The position numbers were made by a program, and so were the translations under genes. Positions 17,610-26,928 of a stretch of DNA of 64,000 bases are shown here, piece after piece (the first letter of the stretch is position 1; every line of letters begins with the position of its first letter). The DNA comes from Candidatus Nomurabacteria bacterium (GTDB lineage Bacteria; Patescibacteriota; Saccharimonadia; Saccharimonadales; VXPC01), in contig JACKGQ010000002.1 in the NCBI GenBank assembly GCA_020631905.1, forward strand, positions 789-64,788. Reading direction: 5' to 3'. The notes under the pieces were generated by a model. That model worked only from the letters and a program-made list of their open reading frames with translations. It ran no database searches and was not told where the DNA came from.

Positions 17610-18236
17610 ATGGCTACAAGCACAGAACTACTGCCAGAACAAATACAAGACTTAGGTAAAAATATCGAAACAATCTACCATCGAACAGATATTGAGGCAA
17701 AGTGGGGAGTTCGGCCATTCTCGAAAGCTGGCCAAACAGCCCTAATGTGCAGCTTTTTACCGCACGAAGGATTCTATGGAGATTATCCAGAGATGATGGT
17801 AATTGCCGGCAATAGTCCAGATAACTTTTGGCTGGAGCAATATTTTATAAAGTCCCAATATTTTTGGCGCTGGCAAATCTCAAAACTTAGTGGTTTGTTA
17901 ATATTCGTCGAGATGAAAGACGGCCAAGATCAAACCGAGCCGGGCTATACGCCCACCTACTGGCATGTCCGCTCTGCCATCGTTGGTGCCGCAAGCATTG
18001 CTCGCGGTCAGCTTGGTCAGCTATATCCATTTGGTTGGCGCCGACAAGGCCTAACTGGCTTCGAGCCGATCTTTCAGAATCTCGGCAGCACTTTCGACAG
18101 TTTCCCAATGACAGGCTGCCATATGTTATCGCGATTCGCGCTCGAGCAAGCTCAAACTAACACAGTCACCACTACCCAGGAGATAATCGAACATCAAGGT
18201 GCTCTGGATAGATTAATGGGAGACGCCAATGATTAA
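17610..18236 (+). CDS. hypothetical protein (first gene of a 3-gene coupled operon)
   Basis: TAAGGAGG-7 nt-ATG at 17610. 208 aa, no motif recognised. Its stop overlaps the next start by 8 nt. Confidence 0.65.
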   Translation: MATSTELLPEQIQDLGKNIETIYHRTDIEAKWGVRPFSKAGQTALMCSFLPHEGFYGDYPEMMVIAGNSPDNFWLEQYFIKSQYFWRWQISKLSGLLIFVEMKDGQDQTEPGYTPTYWHVRSAIVGAASIARGQLGQLYPFGWRRQGLTGFEPIFQNLGSTFDSFPMTGCHMLSRFALEQAQTNTVTTTQEIIEHQGALDRLMGDAND

Positions 18237-18849
18237 CGAACAATATCCAGGTGAACGCGTCCGAACCCGACTAATCGATCAGTTCTTCGAGGCGGCCTTA
18301 TTCCGTGAAATACCAGGAGATAATGGTTACGATCTTCGATTACTCTACCAAACACACTGGCAACAAATTTGCCTGGCACCGGGTTCTCGAGCAATTCATC
18401 AAGCTTGGCCTGGTGGATACATCGAACATGTAATTCAGGTCAATCGAACAATCGCCCTGCTTTACGCATTCTGCGAGCAGTCTGGTTGGCTTGCTACGAT
18501 TGCCGAAGATGAGCGTTTTGAGCTCGGCGATGCCCTACTAATTGGTGCACTACACGACATCGAAAAACCGTTCGGCTATCATTACAATTTTGTGGATGGC
18601 ACGTTTAAGGCTGAGTGCTGGCTTTCCACCAAGCCCGGCCGCAAACGCTTTCGTGAACAGTTATTTGCCAACTGGCAGTTCCAGCTCGACCCAAATCAAC
18701 AAAATGCCTTGCAATACGCCGAAGGTTTACGCGATGCCGACTACACCCCGCACCAGCGCACTATGAAGCCGATGGCGGTGTTAGTGCACGCCGCCGACCT
18801 GCTCAGCGCCCGGGTTGGCTACGGTTTCGACGGAGTTCAAAATGGGTAG
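18229..18849 (+). CDS. HD-domain phosphohydrolase
   Basis: H...HD...D pattern: GGYIEHVIQV, LIGALHDIEKPFG, LVHAADLLSAR. Confidence 0.72.
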   Translation: MINEQYPGERVRTRLIDQFFEAALFREIPGDNGYDLRLLYQTHWQQICLAPGSRAIHQAWPGGYIEHVIQVNRTIALLYAFCEQSGWLATIAEDERFELGDALLIGALHDIEKPFGYHYNFVDGTFKAECWLSTKPGRKRFREQLFANWQFQLDPNQQNALQYAEGLRDADYTPHQRTMKPMAVLVHAADLLSARVGYGFDGVQNG

Positions 18850-19720
18850 TCATCTAGGTCCCGAACAATATGTATCGGTCTGTGGCATGGCTAGTGGCAA
18901 TGAAATTGAGAAAACTGCAGGTCTTCATAATCTGGGTCCTCGATCGGTACTATACGGTGTCCAGGTGTCGGCTTCTAGCTTCATTGGTGCCGAAACTAAA
19001 CGCGGTAGCTTTTGGTATCCGAGCGGTCCAGATGCTATCGCAGATGTAGCCGAGGCCACTCGCAATGCTGGGCGTGGTCAACTGGCTTTACATATCAACC
19101 AAAGAGATCCTACTCCACGTAACACACTTGGTTTTGTTCGAGCCATTATGCGGGCTTGTAGCGAACATACCATCGGTGAGAGGAGTCATGGTTACGCTGG
19201 GATGTACTCGAAAACTGTTGTAAGGCAAATTCCACCAACTAGCATCATCCAGCTAAATAACCTCGACTGGCTTAGCGCCGACTTCACCGACACCCTTAAA
19301 ATGATTCGCCAAATGGGCTTAGCTAGAAATATCATTCTGCAGGCCAACCAGCAAGCCTGCCAAGCCCCGCCAGATGTTTTTACCGAGAAGCTTAAATTGC
19401 TCCCAGTCAATTATGTTTTACTTGACACATCTGGTGGCACCGGCACTTCCTTCGACCGCACAAAATACGCCAAGCTGATAGAGGCTATCCAAACCAAAAC
19501 AGATATTCGAATTAGTATAGCTGGCGGCTTGGGTCCAAACCCAAGAGACTTAACTGGTCTGAGGTGGCTTGCTCAACGCTTTGATAACCTGTCGGCAGAT
19601 GCCGAAACTAAACTGCGTGTTTTTAAGCGTCGTGACCAGCCCCAAACTTCGCGATTTAGCCCCGAGCGGGCCGCCAAGTTTATCGCCGCCGCTACCGAGA
19701 TTATAGGCAAACAATCTTGA
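18842..19720 (+). CDS. TIM-barrel protein resembling phosphoribosylanthranilate isomerase (TrpF-like)
   Basis: VSVCGM (compare VKICGI), LLDTSGGTGTSFD (compare LLDSxxGGTGxxFDW), ISIAGGLGPNP (compare LAGGLxPxNV). The ATG at 18842 overlaps the previous stop by 8 nt. Confidence 0.55.
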   Translation: MGSHLGPEQYVSVCGMASGNEIEKTAGLHNLGPRSVLYGVQVSASSFIGAETKRGSFWYPSGPDAIADVAEATRNAGRGQLALHINQRDPTPRNTLGFVRAIMRACSEHTIGERSHGYAGMYSKTVVRQIPPTSIIQLNNLDWLSADFTDTLKMIRQMGLARNIILQANQQACQAPPDVFTEKLKLLPVNYVLLDTSGGTGTSFDRTKYAKLIEAIQTKTDIRISIAGGLGPNPRDLTGLRWLAQRFDNLSADAETKLRVFKRRDQPQTSRFSPERAAKFIAAATEIIGKQS

Positions 19721-19738
19721 GTTTTGCTTAGCTCGTGA

Positions 19739-21802
19739 CTAGCTCAAGAATTCTTTGAGCCGACTTGCTCCAAGTGAAGGATGCCTTAATCTACCCAAGG
19801 CTCGTTCTTGAATTTGACGAATGCGCTCTCGAGTCACTCCGTAGTCCTCGGCGATTTCTTCGAGGGCTTGTGGCTTATCTGTGCCAATCCCAAACCTTTT
19901 TCGAAGGATATCCTGCTCTCTTTTATCTAATCGAGACAAAATATTCTCTAGTTCATCTGCTACTACAGCTACTTCGGCGATTACCTCTGGATCAACAGCA
20001 TTTCGATCCGCCACCATATCGCCAATAACCGTATCTTCGCCTTCTTTTAACGGCGCATCTAGCGAGATTGGAGTAGTTCCAAATCGTATTGCTTCGATAA
20101 CTTTATCTAGTGGCATACCAGTTTTCGCAGCAATTTCTGCATGTGTAGGTTTTCTGGCGAGCTCGGCTTCGAGTCCGAGGCTAGCTTTGCGAACCCTATT
20201 TAGGTTATCGCCAGCATGCACCGGTAGTCTCACCAAATTGCCGGTGTTAGCAATACCTCTGGTTATTGCCTGTCTTATCCACCAGGTCGCGTACGTACTA
20301 AACTTAAAGCCTTTTTGTTCGTCGAATTTATCTACCGCGTGCATTAAACCGAGGTTACCTTCTTGAATGAGGTCCAACAGAGGCAGGCCTGATGATTGGT
20401 ACCGCTTGGCAATCGAAACTACCAGTCTTAAATTGGCCTTTACAAAAGCTACTTTAGCGGCTTCGCCGTCTTTGATAGCTCTTTCTAGCTGCCTAGTTCT
20501 GGATGGGCTTAGTGTATTCGATGTGCTAAGTTCATTAGAAGCCTGTATGCCCACCCTTACCGTGTTGCCAAGCATAACTTCTTGATCGTGTGTTAATAAT
20601 GCGTGTCTTCCAATCTCTTTCAGATAACGCCCTACAAGATCATCATCTTGGCCATTTTTACTATCTCTTCCATTACCCCTACCGGTGCTTTGCTTCTTGT
20701 TATTAGTTGACGAGCCACCCTTGGGTTTCAGTGATTTAGGAGTAGGATTTTTAGGACTGGCCGTGTATGTAGGTGGTCTTTTTGGTTCGGCCAGTGCAAA
20801 TATCTGCATAATATGGTCGGCTCTACCTGTGGCCTGTTCGCTCAACCGGGCTAGTAGTGTTGTTTTAAGCAGCTCAAACTCGGCAGCAAGCTCGGGATTT
20901 ATTACCCTTGGGCACACTTGTGTGGACGAAATTATTAGCTGCTTGCCAGTACGCGCCTGATATAACTTATTGATAGCCCTAGCACGGCTCGAAACAACAT
21001 AGCGTGGATCTCTGACTCCAATCATATCAAGTTTCTCTAACTCTTCTGTAATTTCCACAAAAGTTCGCTTGCCATCTAACAGCCCCATAACCAGAGCGGA
21101 TTCTTCCAACGACTGCCAAAAACGAACTAAGAATTCTTCTTGAGTGTCTCTATCTAAAGCTAGTTCTTCGTTATGGTTAGTTGTGGCTGGCGACATATCT
21201 GCTACACCAAGGTCACTGCTTTGTTCAGACATAAATATTTTTCTGGCTTGATCAAGCTTTCTCCGGTTAGGTCTTGTTCGCTTTACGCGTACTTCGACAG
21301 GAATATGTGTGTAGTCGGCCTGATATCCTGGGTCGTAAGTCTCGGCAACTGCCTCTGTCATGAATTCGGTTGGGTCTGCACCCTGGACTGTTGGCAGCAT
21401 GACATCCCTCAGATCGACGAACTGCTGGCCAAGTTTTGGATTGGCCGAGTACGGACCATGGAAATCTGGTTTGATGATTATTGGTTGGCCGTACCTAAGT
21501 TCAAAAAACTCATTTAGTCGATCCATAGTCCTTGCAACAGACACCTGTGCCGAGTTAGCATTTTCAAATCTCGGACCTTCAACTTCTCCGATATCGCTAA
21601 GGGCCACACAGCCTATTAATACTTCTCGGACTACTTGTGTTTTGTTTCTTTCTCCATTAATCAGACCCACAACATAGCGAGCTAGCTCGAGTTGTTTTCT
21701 TGGGATACTCCTAACTAGATCTCCAGCCCATTCCGGAGTGCTGTTAGCCTCACATTCTATATCTGTAGTCATGCTCGCTAAAGTATGCTGAAATTCTGGC
21801 AA
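19739..21802 (-). CDS. rpoD: primary-type sigma-70 factor with ~390-aa N-terminal extension
   Basis: The C-terminal ~290 aa carry regions 1.2-4 (YLKEIGRHALLTHDQE, LRLVVSIAKRY, DLIQEGNLGLMHAVDKFD, YATWWIRQAITR, EEIAEDYGVTRERIRQIQERAL). The start is uncertain (TTG at 21802 or ATG at 21772). Confidence 0.92.
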   Translation of the reverse strand: MPEFQHTLASMTTDIECEANSTPEWAGDLVRSIPRKQLELARYVVGLINGERNKTQVVREVLIGCVALSDIGEVEGPRFENANSAQVSVARTMDRLNEFFELRYGQPIIIKPDFHGPYSANPKLGQQFVDLRDVMLPTVQGADPTEFMTEAVAETYDPGYQADYTHIPVEVRVKRTRPNRRKLDQARKIFMSEQSSDLGVADMSPATTNHNEELALDRDTQEEFLVRFWQSLEESALVMGLLDGKRTFVEITEELEKLDMIGVRDPRYVVSSRARAINKLYQARTGKQLIISSTQVCPRVINPELAAEFELLKTTLLARLSEQATGRADHIMQIFALAEPKRPPTYTASPKNPTPKSLKPKGGSSTNNKKQSTGRGNGRDSKNGQDDDLVGRYLKEIGRHALLTHDQEVMLGNTVRVGIQASNELSTSNTLSPSRTRQLERAIKDGEAAKVAFVKANLRLVVSIAKRYQSSGLPLLDLIQEGNLGLMHAVDKFDEQKGFKFSTYATWWIRQAITRGIANTGNLVRLPVHAGDNLNRVRKASLGLEAELARKPTHAEIAAKTGMPLDKVIEAIRFGTTPISLDAPLKEGEDTVIGDMVADRNAVDPEVIAEVAVVADELENILSRLDKREQDILRKRFGIGTDKPQALEEIAEDYGVTRERIRQIQERALGRLRHPSLGASRLKEFLS

Positions 21803-21821
21803 GAAGCAAGCTTAAGCCTTA

Positions 21822-22835
21822 TTAAAGCTTACGGATCTTACGACGAGCAGTTTCGATAAGCCAATTCTTTGCATAGGCCGCTCGGCGGACTACTAAATCG
21901 TGGGCTGGGATATATTTCAATTCTTCTACGCCAAAACTGCGCTTAAACTGACTAACCCCGTAATATCTGTGGCTGGTTTGGTCTTCGTCGACAATACCCC
22001 AAAAGTTGTAGCGTTTGCAGCCACGTCGACGAGCCTCGGCCATGGCTTCGAGGTGCAGTAGTGGCGCACTCGACAATTTCATGCCCTCAAAAGTACTGAC
22101 GCCATAATGGTAGGAGGCCTCGGGGCCGTAAAAAATTACATAGTTTTGAGCTAAGATTTGATCATCATGGCGAGCCGTGTAGATTAGAATATTGCCAGTG
22201 TTTTTAAAGGCTTCGAACTGCTTGGTGATAAATTCCGGACTAAAAGCTACGTAGCCTTGACGCTTAGCGTGTTGATTATGAATCTGAATAAAGTCCTGGA
22301 GTATCTCGAGATTATCGCTTACCTCTATCTTGATATCTGATCGTTGAGCTTTACGAATCTTGCGGCGTAAACTTTGACTCATATCGGCTAATATTTGATC
22401 ATCTGATTTAGCTAGGTCGATTATTCCAGCATGCTCAACACTTAGCGGCATCGGGGCAGGTCTAAGGCCGTTATCACTAAATATTTTTAGATTTTCTGGA
22501 CTCAAGCGCAACTGTGGCCGAACTCTAGCAAACACACAACCCAGCTGATCGGCCTGCTGATAAATGTCTTTAAAGACTCGTTTGGCATCAGCCCAGTTTT
22601 TTAACAACGGTCCACCAGCAATAGCTAAGTACCTACCGCGTCGGGCGTCTTCTACCTGGCCAGTGTATACGCCAACTAACACTTCGTCGTCGTATATGCC
22701 GCGCCGAATTACTTTTTTGTAGCGAGCTTTATGAAACTCACCCCATTGCCAGGAATGTAAGAAATTTACCTCTTCGAATCCCTGGACAAATTCTTGCCAT
22801 ATTGACTCATCGGTAATATCTTTTAAGTCAATCAT
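21822..22835 (-). CDS. FemAB-family peptidoglycan aminoacyl transferase
   Basis: FLHSWQWGEF near the N-terminus and RYNFWGI near the C-terminus. The ~335-aa size is typical of the FemX/MurM family. Confidence 0.82.
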   Translation of the reverse strand: MIDLKDITDESIWQEFVQGFEEVNFLHSWQWGEFHKARYKKVIRRGIYDDEVLVGVYTGQVEDARRGRYLAIAGGPLLKNWADAKRVFKDIYQQADQLGCVFARVRPQLRLSPENLKIFSDNGLRPAPMPLSVEHAGIIDLAKSDDQILADMSQSLRRKIRKAQRSDIKIEVSDNLEILQDFIQIHNQHAKRQGYVAFSPEFITKQFEAFKNTGNILIYTARHDDQILAQNYVIFYGPEASYHYGVSTFEGMKLSSAPLLHLEAMAEARRRGCKRYNFWGIVDEDQTSHRYYGVSQFKRSFGVEELKYIPAHDLVVRRAAYAKNWLIETARRKIRKL

Positions 22836-23848
22836 AGATGCCGCCTTTTACGTCTGATAGTTTCAACGACTTTATTTAATTGATACTTTGGTTTGTTAAC
22901 CACCAAATCTTGAGCCGGCAAGAAATGGTAATAGTCACCACCGAACCCTTTTTTAAACGTCGTAACTCCTGCAAATCGGTGATTGGCTGGCGCTCCTTCG
23001 GGCGCTACACCCCACATATTGTAACGAGTGCTGCCAGCCCGTCTGGCTATGCGCATTGCCTCCCACTGTAAACCATAGGCTCCGGGTAGCTTTCTACCCA
23101 CCAAACTACTTGCCCCATACAAGTAATCGGCCTCTTGGTTATATCGAACAATCACTGCCATATTGAGAAGCTGATTACTTGAATCGACGGCTTCCAGCAA
23201 ATCGATCATACCCTCGACACCCATCTCGGCTATCTCTAATTTTATTTGTTCAATTGAGCCAACAACGTAATGTTGTCTATCGGCAGTCTCGACAAGTAAG
23301 TTAGCGAATTTTTCGATGTTTTGTTGACTTATATCTAATTGATTAATCTTAATCCCTAGTTTTTGAGATTGCCGAACTTCGTAACGTGTGCCTTTGCGCA
23401 TACCAGCCATTAATTCTTCTTCCGTTTGCCGAAGATCAATGAGAATCGTATCTTCTGCAAGCAAGTGCATTGGTGCAGGCACAAATCCCAAATTCTTAAA
23501 AACCTCTAGGTTGTTCTGATTTGCTTCTAGCTGTGGCCGAACTCTGGCAAACACACATTTGTTCTGGCGGCAAATTTCAGCTAGCTTATTTACTGTCCTC
23601 TGGGCAAGCTCCGGATTTTGCCAATTGGTTAAAGGATTGCCAGCAACCTCTAAATACCTTCCCCGACGAGCTTCGCGGATGACTCCAGTTATAATTAAAT
23701 CGTGATCGATATATTCAATGACTCGATTTAGACCCGCCTGTGACCGCAGGTAGGCAGGCGAAACCAAGAAATTGGCTTCTGGGTATAGGCTTAAATCGAA
23801 TTTATTTGAGCTCATTACTAATTTCCATGAGCTTCTGCTCGGTAACAT
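22832..23848 (-). CDS. FemAB-family peptidoglycan aminoacyl transferase (paralog)
   Basis: Colinear with the neighbouring paralog (VFARVRPQL, RYNMWGV). Alternative start ATG at 23815. 4-nt overlap with the downstream paralog. Confidence 0.8.
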   Translation of the reverse strand: MLPSRSSWKLVMSSNKFDLSLYPEANFLVSPAYLRSQAGLNRVIEYIDHDLIITGVIREARRGRYLEVAGNPLTNWQNPELAQRTVNKLAEICRQNKCVFARVRPQLEANQNNLEVFKNLGFVPAPMHLLAEDTILIDLRQTEEELMAGMRKGTRYEVRQSQKLGIKINQLDISQQNIEKFANLLVETADRQHYVVGSIEQIKLEIAEMGVEGMIDLLEAVDSSNQLLNMAVIVRYNQEADYLYGASSLVGRKLPGAYGLQWEAMRIARRAGSTRYNMWGVAPEGAPANHRFAGVTTFKKGFGGDYYHFLPAQDLVVNKPKYQLNKVVETIRRKRRHL

Positions 23849-24935
23849 TAATATGCAAAGGCAAGTTGATTATACTTGCGGCAACTGCTTCGGCTCGTGG
23901 GCAACTGCCAGGCTGGTAACTAGAGCTCGACATATACCGCTGTGGATAAACTGGCGTACTATACCAAATATCAAATAGGTACATGCCTTTGCGCTTGAGC
24001 TTTGAAAGCAGTTGATCGCGCTTTTTAGGCTCGACAGTTATCGGCAATCTTATTGGATTGTCGCCGGATTCAACTTGTCTGCCTACCGATACGCATAGTT
24101 GAAGTCGGCGCTGCCTGTCTGTTTCTAGCACACGGAATTTGGCTAAAACTATTTTGGCTCGGTAGTCTGGCAGTGAGCGGTCATCACAAACTGCCCCATC
24201 ACTCGCTCTTACTACTAAACCCAGTCCTTGAAAAAGTTTCTGAAAAACCCCACCTAAACCTACTGGGAACAGTATTCGTCTTAGTTTCCAGCTGATTATC
24301 GGATACAGACGGTCTCGTTTTCGAGTCAAAAGTGGAGCTTTAGCTAATTTTCGTGGCTGACTCTGAGCGTGTTTTCTGTCGACTAAAGCCCCACCATTAA
24401 CAACGTCGATGTGTTTGTCGCGCCCAAAAGATAACATCGTAAAATCGCCAACTGTGCCAACTTCCCGACCATCTGGGTAATACCCGCCCACACTGTGTGC
24501 TAGGTCTTCGATTAATGCCAGTTTACGTTCTTGGCAGAATTTTTCGACCTGTGCAATATCTATCGATTGTCCATAGGTATTCTGAACTATCACCGCCTCG
24601 AATGCCTGTTTTTTGAAAGCAGCCTGCAACTCGCTTATCGAAAAATGATATTTGTTCTCGGCAATATCAACGTAAACCACCGCTACACCGGCAGCTCGGG
24701 CTGCCTGCTCGACCGCATAACAAGTGTAGCCATTAACCGCCACCGATCTGGCACCACTGCGCCTTAGGGCTTCGGTTAAAGCTCCTCGACCGCGGTAATA
24801 GAGCTCCGATTGTCCCCGATATTTTTGGTTGAGGTAGTCTTTTAGCTGCCGAGAATCTTGTTTGTTCCCGGTCGCCAACAAAAACCTGATTGCCGATTTA
24901 AAAGTATAGTTTGATCCCAACGAGTCGAAGATCAT
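23802..24935 (-). CDS. DegT/DnrJ/EryC1-like PLP-dependent enzyme
   Basis: Fold-type I aminotransferase pattern with the PLP-lysine context MLSFGRDKHIDVVNGGAL, plus ALIEDLAHSVGG. Confidence 0.7.
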   Translation of the reverse strand: MIFDSLGSNYTFKSAIRFLLATGNKQDSRQLKDYLNQKYRGQSELYYRGRGALTEALRRSGARSVAVNGYTCYAVEQAARAAGVAVVYVDIAENKYHFSISELQAAFKKQAFEAVIVQNTYGQSIDIAQVEKFCQERKLALIEDLAHSVGGYYPDGREVGTVGDFTMLSFGRDKHIDVVNGGALVDRKHAQSQPRKLAKAPLLTRKRDRLYPIISWKLRRILFPVGLGGVFQKLFQGLGLVVRASDGAVCDDRSLPDYRAKIVLAKFRVLETDRQRRLQLCVSVGRQVESGDNPIRLPITVEPKKRDQLLSKLKRKGMYLFDIWYSTPVYPQRYMSSSSYQPGSCPRAEAVAASIINLPLHINVTEQKLMEISNELK

Positions 24936-25633
24936 CTTAGTTTCTCCGTATCGATAATTTTTATAAGACGTTCAACCAACTCTTGTGGATGTGTATCGTA
25001 AGGTGCGTGCCTAGCATCATCGATCACCTCGACGGATTTAGCACCTGGTAGCAATCGGCTAAGTTTATAGGCATCGTTGAGTGGAGTCTGACCATCTTGA
25101 TGCCCCCAAATCAAAGATACTGGAGTAGTGATTTTCGAAAGTTCTAAGTTTTTATCGGACTCGATCATGTTTCGGAGTGTCTGTTTCATATTGGCAGGTG
25201 CCTGTTGGTAGTCACTAGCTCCAATTAAGCGATGGATGAGCTTATTGAAACCAGGTATGAATTTTGTTGGCTTGAGTAGTTTAGCTAAGGTTTTGAGAAT
25301 ATTCAGTTTGAAGCTTACTAGTTTAGACGTATTGGCTATGCCAGCGCTGTCGAGCAGTAATAGATGTTTTATCTTTGTAGGATATTTTAGACAGTAGTTT
25401 AGTGCAATTCGCCCGCCGTTTGAGTGCCCGAGCACGACTGGATTTTTTGTGTGTTTTAGTTGCTCATTCAGCCACTCTACGTAGCTATCGATATTCCAAA
25501 CCTGATCGCTTGGCGAAGTTAAGCCTGGTACATTTAACATCACAGGCTCGACACCCGATTTTGCAAGCAAGTCTAGAGCTGTCTGCCATTTTGCAGTTGA
25601 GTAAGCCCAGCCATGGATAATAAATAGTTTCAT
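24932..25633 (-). CDS. alpha/beta hydrolase
   Basis: Nucleophile elbow VLGHSNGGRIAL, with late Asp/His residues (WGHQDGQT, DDARHAPY). Confidence 0.8.
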   Translation of the reverse strand: MKLFIIHGWAYSTAKWQTALDLLAKSGVEPVMLNVPGLTSPSDQVWNIDSYVEWLNEQLKHTKNPVVLGHSNGGRIALNYCLKYPTKIKHLLLLDSAGIANTSKLVSFKLNILKTLAKLLKPTKFIPGFNKLIHRLIGASDYQQAPANMKQTLRNMIESDKNLELSKITTPVSLIWGHQDGQTPLNDAYKLSRLLPGAKSVEVIDDARHAPYDTHPQELVERLIKIIDTEKLR

Positions 25634-26896
25634 CTAGCCAACCCCATAGTGTTGTCGTTGTTTCTGCGCGGCCGGTTCACGCCGACACAGATATTGTTCG
25701 TCGGCAGGATTTGCCAGTAAGTGCTTAATGATTCCTTCTAGAAACTGACTGCCTTTAAACAAAACTACTTCTTTTCCGGTCAAATTTTTCTTTAAATACT
25801 CTAAGGCTTCTTTTGGCCATCTAAAAGATTCACTAGCGATGCCTGATTTTTTTAAAACTGGCAGTACATAGTTGTGGGTTCGTCGGCCGATCAAGATTAT
25901 TTTGTCTAGTTTCTGGTGGCTTAGGTATTCGGCTAGTTGCATGTGTTCTTCAGCTTCAAAAACACCCTGATCGATTACATCTCCGAGCACCAGCCACTTT
26001 GGTTTGTGATTAATTTTGCTAAGCATATCTACCATTGTTTGAACGCTAGCATTATGCGCGTTATAGCTGCTGTCGATAATTTGTAGCCCATTTACCCCGT
26101 CGAAATAATTCGATCTTCCGGGGGGCATCGTGAGGTTTTTTAAATCTTGGACTGGTTGAATGTTTAGATAACTTAGTAGTTTAAGCGCCATCAACAGTTG
26201 CAAAGCTGTAGACTCTGGCATTGGCTGGGCAAACTCGTAGATCTGGCCGGCAATCTTAAACGAGCTATTCCTCGATGTAACCTTATAGTTTTGAACATCT
26301 GTCTTTTTTACGCCACTTAAGGTTACGTTCGAATCACTTAGCAACCCCTGCATAAAACTGTTGTCTTGGTCGTAGATTATAAGTTTGCTAGCTAAATGTG
26401 CCAGCTTTGCATATTCTTCGGCAATTTGCTGCCTTACATCTACACCTGGCCTAATAGGGTAGTTGATGGCATGCGAGTGCTCGCTACTTACCCACAATAC
26501 TACTTCTGGCTTTAGCCATTTTCCGATCTTCTCGGCTTCGTGCGGACGATCGGCATCTACCTCGGCAACGTAAAATTCTTGATGATGACGAAAATACAAG
26601 GATTTGAGAGGCACAGCCAATGTCAAATATAGCCACTTTAAGCGACTACCAGTGATACCCCTTAGTCCGACAACATCAAAAGCCAAGCCGTAGGCACTAT
26701 TGGCGTGATGCGAAAGTCGGGCTCTGCTTCCGAATTGCGCTTCTAAGATATGGAGTAGGGTGGTCTTGCCCACCGAACCAGTAACCACTATCACGCGCGG
26801 ATTCCAACGCCTGAGTGAAAGCTTCGACCAGAACATAAAGTAGCTAGCCCCAAACAGATACAAGCGTTTCTTGAGCGCTATCAGCATACTTTTCAT
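25634..26896 (-). CDS. Mur ligase family protein (MurF-like, short N-terminus)
   Basis: ATP-binding loop VIVVTGSVGKTTLLHIL. Central and C-terminal Mur ligase layout (IIDSSYNAHNAS, VLGDVIDQG). Confidence 0.78.
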   Translation of the reverse strand: MKSMLIALKKRLYLFGASYFMFWSKLSLRRWNPRVIVVTGSVGKTTLLHILEAQFGSRARLSHHANSAYGLAFDVVGLRGITGSRLKWLYLTLAVPLKSLYFRHHQEFYVAEVDADRPHEAEKIGKWLKPEVVLWVSSEHSHAINYPIRPGVDVRQQIAEEYAKLAHLASKLIIYDQDNSFMQGLLSDSNVTLSGVKKTDVQNYKVTSRNSSFKIAGQIYEFAQPMPESTALQLLMALKLLSYLNIQPVQDLKNLTMPPGRSNYFDGVNGLQIIDSSYNAHNASVQTMVDMLSKINHKPKWLVLGDVIDQGVFEAEEHMQLAEYLSHQKLDKIILIGRRTHNYVLPVLKKSGIASESFRWPKEALEYLKKNLTGKEVVLFKGSQFLEGIIKHLLANPADEQYLCRREPAAQKQRQHYGVG

Positions 26897-26928
26897 GATT
26901 GTATTTTAACAGATGTAAAAAGCTTAAA

